Origin: Bdellovibrionales bacterium
GTDB taxonomy: Bacteria; Bdellovibrionota; UBA1018; CAIMNF01
Length of the DNA: 64,000 nucleotides
NCBI GenBank assembly: GCA_947502835.1
Contig: CANNBJ010000002.1
Span: forward strand, 397,850-461,849
Direction: 5' to 3'
Shown in pieces: positions 56,755-64,000 of the stretch. The position numbers were made by a program, and so were the translations under genes. The stretch's first letter is position 1. Every line of letters starts with the position of its first letter. Under the pieces are notes generated by a model. It had not been told where the DNA came from, did no database searches, and saw nothing but the letters and a program-made list of their open reading frames with translations.

Positions 56755-58224
56755 ATGAAAAAACCAATGGGACTTTTTTTGGTGACGTTTGTTTTGGCTG
56801 GAAGTCCAATTGCGGAGGCCCAGGAATCCGCCCCCCTCGACACCATCGAGAAGTCGGCGAGGGAGAAGAAATTCACCGGATCCCCCATCACACTCAAGCT
56901 CAAGGATGCGGATATCAACGAAGTGATGAGGTTGATCGGGGAAGCGAGTGGATTCAATGTGGTGGTCGCTCCGGGGGTTTCGGGAAAAGTGACCGTTTCC
57001 CTGGAGGATGTGCCATGGGACCAAGCGCTTGATGTTGTCATGACTACGATGAATCTTGCTGCGGAACGATTTGAAAGTGTGTTGAGAGTCATGCCCAGAG
57101 AGGTTCTTTTGAAGGAAAAGCAGGCCATCCTCGAAACAGAGAGAATCGCATCCCAGGCAGCGCCGCGGATCACACGGATATTTCCGATCAGTTACTCGGA
57201 CCTGACCCAGCTTTCAAATCTCCTGAGTGGATTCTTGAGTACTCCGCCCGGAGGAGCCGGAGCTTCGGGAGGTGCCCAAACGGGAGCTCCCGGCGCTGCG
57301 GGCTCCCCGGGTCAGGCAGGTGGGGGCGCGGCGCTTTCCAGCATTCAAATCGATCAGAACACGCAGAGCCTGATTGTGAGGGACACGTCCGAAGGAGTCG
57401 AGCGGATCCGGAAAATGATTGCTCTCCTTGATGTTCAAACGCCCCAGATCATGATCGAGGCGAAGGTGATTGATGCAAACGAGAGTTTTGTGAATACCAT
57501 CGACGGGAAGTTTGGAATCACGGCAGGGGGCAGTTCGATTTCCATCAATGGGGCGTCACTTGGCGGAGGCGCTTCCTCAGCAGTGAGTTCCGGTTCTTCT
57601 GCGGCGGCAAGCGCTGACAATGGTCCGAACTCCTTTAGGATTGGAATCGGGAACGCCTTCAGCTTGAACGCCATCTTGAATTATTCCGAGGCTGAAAATA
57701 CAGCAAAAGTGATCACTTCACCCCGTTTGATGGTTTTGAGCGGAAAAAAAGCGAATATCAATCAAGCGAACAATCTGAGTGTGCAGCAACAGACGGTAGT
57801 GAATGGAGTCACCCTGAATCAGACTGTATTCATCCCTTACAACACGAGTCTTGATGTCACCCCCCGCGCAACCAACGAGGGGTCTGTCTTCATGAAACTC
57901 AATTTCCAAAGGGATGTGGTCCAGCTTGATGCAAATGGTCAGAACTCTGTTGCTCCAAGAAGTGTAACCACCGAGGTGGTGGTTGAGAATGGAAACACAC
58001 TGGTTCTTGGAGGGGTTCAGAGCTCATCAGAGGCAAGCGGATCCCGGGGATTTCCATTTCTCAGGAAAATCCCGATTCTCGGCTGGCTTTTCGGGACCGA
58101 GAGTAGAGCTGCAGAGAAAAACGAGTTGATGTTCTTCGTCACTCCCAAGATTGTGAATGTGAGGAAGACCGCCCTTGGATCCGGGAGCGATTCCGATGCG
58201 GAACAGAAATCGGAAAAGCTATGA
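56755..58224 (+). CDS. pilQ: type IV pilus secretin PilQ (short form, no AMIN domains)
   Basis: STN/secretin_N domain (ITLKLKDADINEVMRLIGEASGFNVVVAPGV), a G/A/S-rich linker, N1-like domains, and the C-terminal secretin core (VVENGNTLVLGGV...PFLRKIPILGWLFG). Confidence 0.85.
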   Translation: MKKPMGLFLVTFVLAGSPIAEAQESAPLDTIEKSAREKKFTGSPITLKLKDADINEVMRLIGEASGFNVVVAPGVSGKVTVSLEDVPWDQALDVVMTTMNLAAERFESVLRVMPREVLLKEKQAILETERIASQAAPRITRIFPISYSDLTQLSNLLSGFLSTPPGGAGASGGAQTGAPGAAGSPGQAGGGAALSSIQIDQNTQSLIVRDTSEGVERIRKMIALLDVQTPQIMIEAKVIDANESFVNTIDGKFGITAGGSSISINGASLGGGASSAVSSGSSAAASADNGPNSFRIGIGNAFSLNAILNYSEAENTAKVITSPRLMVLSGKKANINQANNLSVQQQTVVNGVTLNQTVFIPYNTSLDVTPRATNEGSVFMKLNFQRDVVQLDANGQNSVAPRSVTTEVVVENGNTLVLGGVQSSSEASGSRGFPFLRKIPILGWLFGTESRAAEKNELMFFVTPKIVNVRKTALGSGSDSDAEQKSEKL

Positions 58225-58820
58225 AGCCCGCTCGAGGGAATCCGCAGATTTATCACTATCTCAAGAAATACCAGGCTGATCCGAAGTCGAGGGTGTTTGC
58301 GCCGCTTGCGGAAGCATATCGCAAAGCAGGTCTGTTTGATGAGGCGATTGAGATCTGTCGGGATGGAATCCGCTATCATCCGAATTTCATCGGGGGGAGA
58401 GTTGCGCTCGGACGTGCGCTTTTTGACAAGGGAGATTACGAATCGACCGTAAAGGAGCTTGCACCGGTCGTAATGGAGGTTCCGGACAATCTCGTGGCCC
58501 AGAAACTGCTCGCGGAGAGTTGTTTGATTTTGGGTCGTCTCGCAGAGGCTCTTGTCGCCTACAAAGTGCTTCTTTTTTTCATGCCCAAGGACCAGGAGAT
58601 CATCAAGCTCGTTCAAGAGCTTGAGTCCAGAGCCTACGAAGATGGTTTACTTGTGCTTCAGGATGATCCCGTTCCCCTGAAAAGCTTCACGGTGCAGGCC
58701 GCCGATCGAGCCCTTTCAGCGGATCCCCTTGTGAAGCGTCAGGAGTGGATCAACCGAATCGAGTTACTTCAGGCCCTTCTCCTTCGAGTTCAGCGGATTA
58801 AACTTGCGAACATCAGTTGA
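58221..58820 (+). CDS. TPR-repeat protein translationally coupled to pilQ
   Basis: TPR helices (AEAYRKAGLFDEAIEICRDGIRYHPNF..., GRALFDKGDYESTVKEL). The ATG overlaps the pilQ stop (ATGA). There is no signal peptide. Confidence 0.55.
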   Translation: MKPARGNPQIYHYLKKYQADPKSRVFAPLAEAYRKAGLFDEAIEICRDGIRYHPNFIGGRVALGRALFDKGDYESTVKELAPVVMEVPDNLVAQKLLAESCLILGRLAEALVAYKVLLFFMPKDQEIIKLVQELESRAYEDGLLVLQDDPVPLKSFTVQAADRALSADPLVKRQEWINRIELLQALLLRVQRIKLANIS

Positions 58821-58852
58821 CCTTTGGTATCCGATTCTTTACCGGAGAACCT

Positions 58853-59425
58853 ATGGCATCTGTATACCCAACGAACGAATTTCGTAAGAACATCAAGCTT
58901 GAGATCGACAATACCCCGTTTCAGATTGTGGATTTCCAGCATGTGAGTCCGGGGAAGGGCAGTGCCTTCACTCGAACCAAGCTGAAGAATCTCCTGAACG
59001 GGAACGTGATTGAACGGACTTTCAAATCAGGCGAAAAGATTCCTGCTGCGAACGTTGAAATCAAGGACATGCAGTTTCTCTACAAGGACGGCAGCGGATT
59101 CAACTTCATGAATACCGAGAATTTTGAACAGATCATCATCAGTGAAGAGCAAATCGGGGAGCAATCCTTGTTCATGCAGGACAACATGCAGGTTCAGGTT
59201 CTATTCTACAATGAAAAGCCGATCACCGTTGACCTCCCGACCTTCGTTGAGTTGAAAGTGGTGAAAACCGATCCAAGTTTCCGAGGCGATACGGTCACCG
59301 GCGGTTCCAAGCCTGCCACCCTCGAGACGGGTGCAGTGATCCAGGTGCCCTTCCATATTTCGGAAGGGGATGTCCTAAAAGTGGATACAAGGGATGCAAG
59401 TTATGTCGAAAAAGCAAATAAGTAA
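58853..59425 (+). CDS. efp: elongation factor P
   Basis: [46 protein letters not shown] is the EF-P KOW domain. Confidence 0.9.
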   Translation: MASVYPTNEFRKNIKLEIDNTPFQIVDFQHVSPGKGSAFTRTKLKNLLNGNVIERTFKSGEKIPAANVEIKDMQFLYKDGSGFNFMNTENFEQIIISEEQIGEQSLFMQDNMQVQVLFYNEKPITVDLPTFVELKVVKTDPSFRGDTVTGGSKPATLETGAVIQVPFHISEGDVLKVDTRDASYVEKANK

Positions 59426-59960
59426 GTCCAAGAAGAAGAACACCTCCGAGGCCATCAAGCAGCCTTCATCTCTGCCATTTGAATTCGATGCCCTGAATCA
59501 ACTTGCGGATTTGCTCAAGGACAAGGGAATTGCCGAGTTCGAATGGTCCAAGGGGGATCAGAAGATCCACGTAAAAACCGCACTTGCGGGAGCGGTCCAT
59601 TATGCGATGCCTGCTCCTCCCTCGGTCGCTTCGGCGCAAACCGTGGTGCAGATGCCATCGGTGCAAGCGAACGCAAACTCCTCTTCTGCTCCAGCAACCG
59701 AAACGAAGGATCCCGCAACCTTCAAGAAGGTTCTCTCGCCGTTCGTCGGGACCTTTTATCGCTCTGCCTCGCCCACTGCGGCTCCGTACGTTGAGGTGGG
59801 CAAGCGTGTGGCACCGGGAGATTCTCTTTGCATCATTGAAGCCATGAAGCTTATGAATGCGATTGAGGCGGATTTCGCGGGAAAAATCGTTCAGATTCTT
59901 GTTGAGAACGGGCAGCCCGTCGAGTTTGGCGAGCCGCTCTTCGTCATCGATACCGCCTGA
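59403..59960 (+). CDS. accB: acetyl-CoA carboxylase biotin carboxyl carrier protein
   Basis: Biotinyl-lysine motif [11 protein letters not shown] in the C-terminal lipoyl-like domain. Confidence 0.85.
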   Translation: MSKKQISKSKKKNTSEAIKQPSSLPFEFDALNQLADLLKDKGIAEFEWSKGDQKIHVKTALAGAVHYAMPAPPSVASAQTVVQMPSVQANANSSSAPATETKDPATFKKVLSPFVGTFYRSASPTAAPYVEVGKRVAPGDSLCIIEAMKLMNAIEADFAGKIVQILVENGQPVEFGEPLFVIDTA

Positions 59961-59970
59961 GGTCTGATTC

Positions 59971-61329
59971 ATGAGTTCAAAGAAACCGCCGTTCAAGAAG
60001 ATTCTGATTGCCAATCGCGGTGAGATCGCGCTGCGGATCATTCGCGCGTGTCGCGAGCTTGAGATCAAAACAGTCGCTGTGTATTCTACCGCCGACGAAA
60101 GCTCGCTTCATGTGAAGCTCGCCGACGAAGCGATCTGCATTGGTCCGCCCTCTCCGAAGCTCTCCTATCTGAACATGATGAGCATTCTCTCGGCCGCCGA
60201 GGTCACCGGGGTTGAGGCAATCCATCCCGGATATGGATTCTTGTCTGAAAATGCCGAATTCGCGAGGCTTGTCAGAGATTGCAAGCTCACCTTCATCGGT
60301 CCCACTCCCGAAAATATCGAGGCCATGGGTGAAAAAACCAGGGCACGAGCAAAGGCCCGCGAAGCGGGTGTGCCGATGCTTCCAGGAACACTCTCGGCGG
60401 TAGCGGGTGTCGAGGAGGCAATCGAGGCCTCCGAGAAAATCGGCTATCCAGTGATTCTGAAGGCGGCAGCTGGTGGCGGGGGCCGCGGAATCTTCATCAT
60501 CCGCAGCTCCAAGGATCTCCAAGACTCGTTTCAGCGCTGTAGCGAGGAAGCAAAGAACGCATTCGGCGACGGATCCCTGTATGTGGAAAAGTATTGCGAA
60601 TATCCACGGCACGTCGAGATTCAGGTTGCATGTGACAAACACGGAAACAGGGTGTATCTCGGCGAGCGCGACTGCTCGATCCAGAGGCGGCACCAGAAGC
60701 TGATCGAAGAGGCCCCGAGTGCTGTGCTTACTCCTGAAATCCGCAAGGCGATGGGTGAGGCGGCGATCGCACTTTGCAAAAACGTGAATTATGAAAGCGT
60801 CGGAACCGTAGAGTTCCTTGTTGATCAGGACCTCAGTTTCTATTTCATGGAAATGAATACCCGCATCCAGGTGGAACACCCCGTGACCGAGATGGTGACC
60901 GGTGTGGACCTGATCAAGGAAATGATCCGCATTGCTGCCGGTGAGCGCTTGAGCGTGGATCAAAAGGACATCGTGCTCCGTGGACATGCGTTTGAAGTTC
61001 GGATCAACGCCGAAGATCCCGAGACCTTTCACCCGTGCCCCGGCAAAATCACGGCACTTCATGTGCCGGGAGGGTATGGAGTCCGAGTGGATTCCTTTGT
61101 GTATGATGAGTACAAGGTCGTTCCATTTTACGACTCGATGATCGCAAAACTTATTGTTCACGGAAAAGACCGTGATGAAGCTGTGGCAAAAATGCGTCAA
61201 GCATTGGACGAGTTCGTCGTAAAGGGCATCAAGACAACCATTCCCATCCATCGCCAGATTTTCGCAAGTCAGCAGTTTGTCGAATCCCGATATACGACGC
61301 GATTTATCGAAGAATTCCTCCAAAAGTAG
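59971..61329 (+). CDS. accC: acetyl-CoA carboxylase biotin carboxylase subunit
   Basis: Full ATP-grasp biotin carboxylase (KKILIANRGEIALRIIRAC, GGGGRGI, EMNTRIQVEHPVTE). Confidence 0.95.
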   Translation: MSSKKPPFKKILIANRGEIALRIIRACRELEIKTVAVYSTADESSLHVKLADEAICIGPPSPKLSYLNMMSILSAAEVTGVEAIHPGYGFLSENAEFARLVRDCKLTFIGPTPENIEAMGEKTRARAKAREAGVPMLPGTLSAVAGVEEAIEASEKIGYPVILKAAAGGGGRGIFIIRSSKDLQDSFQRCSEEAKNAFGDGSLYVEKYCEYPRHVEIQVACDKHGNRVYLGERDCSIQRRHQKLIEEAPSAVLTPEIRKAMGEAAIALCKNVNYESVGTVEFLVDQDLSFYFMEMNTRIQVEHPVTEMVTGVDLIKEMIRIAAGERLSVDQKDIVLRGHAFEVRINAEDPETFHPCPGKITALHVPGGYGVRVDSFVYDEYKVVPFYDSMIAKLIVHGKDRDEAVAKMRQALDEFVVKGIKTTIPIHRQIFASQQFVESRYTTRFIEEFLQK

Positions 61330-61371
61330 CGCCTTTGGCGTTATCCTTTTTCATGGAGGAATCTGTGAAAA

Positions 61372-62124
61372 GTGTCTGAAAATACGGGAGAAAAGAGCAA
61401 GCCTGCCTTCGATCTGCAAGTACCCAAGGCCTCCGCGGGGGATGAGGTGGAAAGTGCAAAGATCCTGTTCCAGGAGGGCTTGCTGGACGAAGCAAAGCGC
61501 ATCCTTCACAGGGTTCTGATTTCACATCCGTCCTATGGGAAGGCTTCACGCCTTCTTGAGCAGATCCGCAACTCCGAACTCGATCAATTGTTGAACCGGC
61601 CCGGATCCCGGGCATCCGATCGAAGGAAACCCGAGGACCCTGCGAAGATCGCACGCAGGCTGGAAGCCGATCTGGGAATCACGCTAGAGCAGGAATCCGG
61701 CTCGATCGATCCGGCACGGGAGAATTGGGTTCATGGGGGTTCACTTCTGCCGCGTGAGCGGTTCGATCTTGCAATAGCCTTCTTCGAGATGGGGTGCCTC
61801 CGCGACGTGATCCGCGAACTCGAAGAGGCCATTCGACAGGTTCGACTTGAAAGTTCAATTCTGGATGAAACCGGCGTCTCGATGGTTGCACTCCTCTCGG
61901 AATCCTTGATTTTATTGGAGCGGGCATTTGAAGCAAAAATGTTTCTGGCCCCCGTCCTGAACGAGCCTGAGATCTCGCATGAAACCAAGCTTCCGCTCTA
62001 CTACCTTGCCGCGAGATCGGAGGAACTCCTCGGAGCAAAAAAAGAGGCAAAAGCTTGGCTTGAAAAGGTGATGGAAATCGATCCGTTGTACCGGGATGCG
62101 AATTTCCGGATCAGGTTGCTGTGA
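61372..62124 (+). CDS. TPR-like hypothetical protein
   Basis: GTG start 11 nt after a GGAGGA RBS. Helical repeats present. The stop overlaps the next gene's start (GTGA). Confidence 0.4.
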   Translation: MSENTGEKSKPAFDLQVPKASAGDEVESAKILFQEGLLDEAKRILHRVLISHPSYGKASRLLEQIRNSELDQLLNRPGSRASDRRKPEDPAKIARRLEADLGITLEQESGSIDPARENWVHGGSLLPRERFDLAIAFFEMGCLRDVIRELEEAIRQVRLESSILDETGVSMVALLSESLILLERAFEAKMFLAPVLNEPEISHETKLPLYYLAARSEELLGAKKEAKAWLEKVMEIDPLYRDANFRIRLL

Positions 62125-64000
62125 GGAAAATTTCAAGACTGAAACTCGCATTTCTTTCCTTCTTCGGGATCACCGCACTGTCGGTGGGCGGGGGGGTGCT
62201 TTATCTGGAAAGTGAATCGTTTGGTCAGGTGGTGAAGAGGATGATCTCGGCCAGATCACCCCAAAAACTTGGAGTGGTCGGCGACTTCAGCCATCTCAAG
62301 ATTTATTTTTTCCCTCCGGGCATCGGGATTGCCAATCCGCGAATCCACATTGAAAAGGAAAACATCGCAAAGATCCCGGTTGAGGGGGATGTCGAAGCAA
62401 AAGAACTTCGCGCAGCGTTCGCCCCTTTTCAGATGTTTTCAGGAGTCTTGCAGGTGGAGGAACTCGAGGTCTCTGGCGGTGCCGTTCAGGGACGGATCCA
62501 CTCCGAGATCTTCAAAGATTCCCCGGGGCCGAAGACCAAGTCCGTCCGCCTTGGTTGGAAGGAGTTGTTCCAGCTGCAGATCAGCGGAGTCCACTTTGTC
62601 GATACCTATTTGAATGTGGTCACGGAACTTCCGGGAGTCTCCAAGCCCGAGTTCGGTACGGAGTTTGTTGTGAAGGACCTTCACCTCGGAAAAGGGCGCG
62701 TGGGGGACCGTGAAGGCATTCTTTCGAACGCTGTGGTGAGGGCCGTGCGGATTTCACCTCCCCCGATTTGGGGACCCTTTCCCTTCCGGGAGGCAAATCA
62801 ACTTCAATGGAATGTGGAGTTCACGGATCAAGGACTCAGGCTGAATCCATTCACTTTGGACATTTCCGGTGTGCACCTCGAGGTGGATGGCGGGATCACG
62901 GGCAATTTACTGGATGAGAAGTCGGACGCACGCTTGAAAGCCGCCGCGACGCTTTCCGGGGATGCGGGAACCTTCTTTCTCACCAATCGGAATGATCCTT
63001 TGTGGTCGGGTGAATTGGATGCAAAAGGCGAAGTGAGTGCGGATCTCAAGAATCTCTTGTCAACCTTTGCGGCGAAGTTCGTGGTCGACGGAAGAAGGCT
63101 CGCCTATGACCGGATGCAGGTCTCCACCCTTCGGGCGGAGGGAGAGGTCGACTTGCCTGCAAAACGGGTGCGACTGGATGCGCTGGAGGCAACCGACGGC
63201 ACTCGCCCGGGTGACCCCGGAAAGCTGAGTGTGAAGGGGCTTGAGATTCCGTTCGAATTGAATCGTGAGTTCGGGGCGGAAGTTGTTTTCAAAAATGCGG
63301 ACATTCATTGGCTCGGCGGGGTGGTGGCCAGTGCGGTCTATCCCCTCGAGGGTGCGCTCAATGGATCTCTCGGGTTCCAATATCTCCCGGCGGGCAAGGC
63401 GTGGAGAATCAAGCTGCGCCCCGATCTCGGGGTCCATCGCTTTCAGTTGACCAATCAGAAATTGGGAGAGAGGCGGATCCGCAAGGAAATCCTGAAACCC
63501 GCCCTTCCCCTCATCCTCAAGGGAGGAGTTGAAATCCATCCCGGAGGCCTGGAGTTCAAGGATTTGGGTCTTTCCTTGCGCAAATCCCAATTCAGGATTG
63601 CCGGTGGAATCAGCGGATCCACGGGTTTTGAATTTACGGCAAAAGGTCCCGTTGAGATGGCGGAGGTGTCCGAGATTGCAGGAAGCTCCATTCGAGGAGA
63701 GGGAACTTTGGAGGCAAGAATCCATGGCACAGCCGACGAATTGCTCCTTGATTTTGACACCTCACTTTCCCGCGCCCAATATCTGGGCCTTGATTTTGGA
63801 AGTGTGAAGGGGCGGATCACCTATGATGACGGAATCTCGGAATTGCGATTCACGGGGATTCGAGCAAGCCAGAAAAACACCTTCTACTCCTTGAAGGAGG
63901 GATTCATTGATCTCTCCGGAGGGGACGATCTTCACCTGCCGATCGAGATTCACTCGGGACGAATCGAGGATCTCGCGATTGTTTTGGACAGTTTAACAAA
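62121..64000 (+). CDS. AsmA/TamB-like large membrane-anchored protein (3'-partial; runs off the window)
   Basis: Manual translation from the GTG at 62121: MRKISRLKLAFLSFFGITALSVGGGVLYLESE... is a TM anchor followed by >600 aa of beta-rich repeats, with no stop codon through position 64000. It is absent from the ORF track because no stop lies in the window. Confidence 0.55.
   Translation, partial: MRKISRLKLAFLSFFGITALSVGGGVLYLESESFGQVVKRMISARSPQKLGVVGDFSHLKIYFFPPGIGIANPRIHIEKENIAKIPVEGDVEAKELRAAFAPFQMFSGVLQVEELEVSGGAVQGRIHSEIFKDSPGPKTKSVRLGWKELFQLQISGVHFVDTYLNVVTELPGVSKPEFGTEFVVKDLHLGKGRVGDREGILSNAVVRAVRISPPPIWGPFPFREANQLQWNVEFTDQGLRLNPFTLDISGVHLEVDGGITGNLLDEKSDARLKAAATLSGDAGTFFLTNRNDPLWSGELDAKGEVSADLKNLLSTFAAKFVVDGRRLAYDRMQVSTLRAEGEVDLPAKRVRLDALEATDGTRPGDPGKLSVKGLEIPFELNREFGAEVVFKNADIHWLGGVVASAVYPLEGALNGSLGFQYLPAGKAWRIKLRPDLGVHRFQLTNQKLGERRIRKEILKPALPLILKGGVEIHPGGLEFKDLGLSLRKSQFRIAGGISGSTGFEFTAKGPVEMAEVSEIAGSSIRGEGTLEARIHGTADELLLDFDTSLSRAQYLGLDFGSVKGRITYDDGISELRFTGIRASQKNTFYSLKEGFIDLSGGDDLHLPIEIHSGRIEDLAIVLDSLT

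Noticed and set aside
1-64000. CRISPR arrays, rRNA genes, transposases, integrases, restriction-modification, toxin-antitoxin or other defence systems.
   Set aside because: None found on either strand. The only mobile-element trace is the tRNA-Leu direct repeat.

Overview
This is a 64-kb chromosomal window of moderately high GC content (roughly mid-50s %, estimated by eye). Gene density is near 90%, and many adjacent genes overlap by 4 bp (ATGA or GTGA). The content is mostly core genome. The gene order and the protein sequences suggest a delta-proteobacterium-like lineage (Myxococcota or Bdellovibrionota); this lineage assignment is an inference.

The main blocks, in order, are:
- A CpoB/YbgF-like TPR protein (5' partial), then tsaD, rsmA, a DUF502 protein, smpB and an adenosine deaminase.
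- A group of secreted or outer-membrane hypothetical proteins flanking rpoZ.
- proC and lon.
- An AMIN-like protein, a matrixin-type metzincin and a neighbouring protein that carries the same C-terminal anchor.
- A COG4986-type ABC transporter with a duplicated permease, a separate ATPase and a detached AAA-associated domain protein.
- A metallophosphoesterase and a PfkB kinase.
- An Flp pilin gene plus a TadE-like pseudopilin mini-cluster. The Flp gene is 56 aa and is absent from the ORF track.
- An SPOR protein.
- A DedA, CHASE2-adenylate cyclase, cNMP-binding effector operon.
- cinA and acs.
- An AGXT-type aminotransferase, an HExxH lipoprotein peptidase, tRNA-Lys, a TerC protein and an M16 peptidase pair.
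- ftsQ, ftsA and ftsZ, a purine nucleoside phosphorylase, lysA, tRNA-Leu and ribF.
- A complete type IVa pilus supercluster in the Myxococcus/Bdellovibrio arrangement: pilB, pilT, pilC, a truncated sigma-54 AAA+ activator, pilA, an ABC module in the pilG/H/I positions, pilD, pilM, pilN, pilO, pilP and pilQ.
- efp, accB and accC, a TPR protein, and an AsmA-like protein that runs off the 3' end of the window.

No CRISPR array, rRNA gene, transposase or integrase was seen. Most long antisense ORFs in the six-frame track are GC-driven artefacts.
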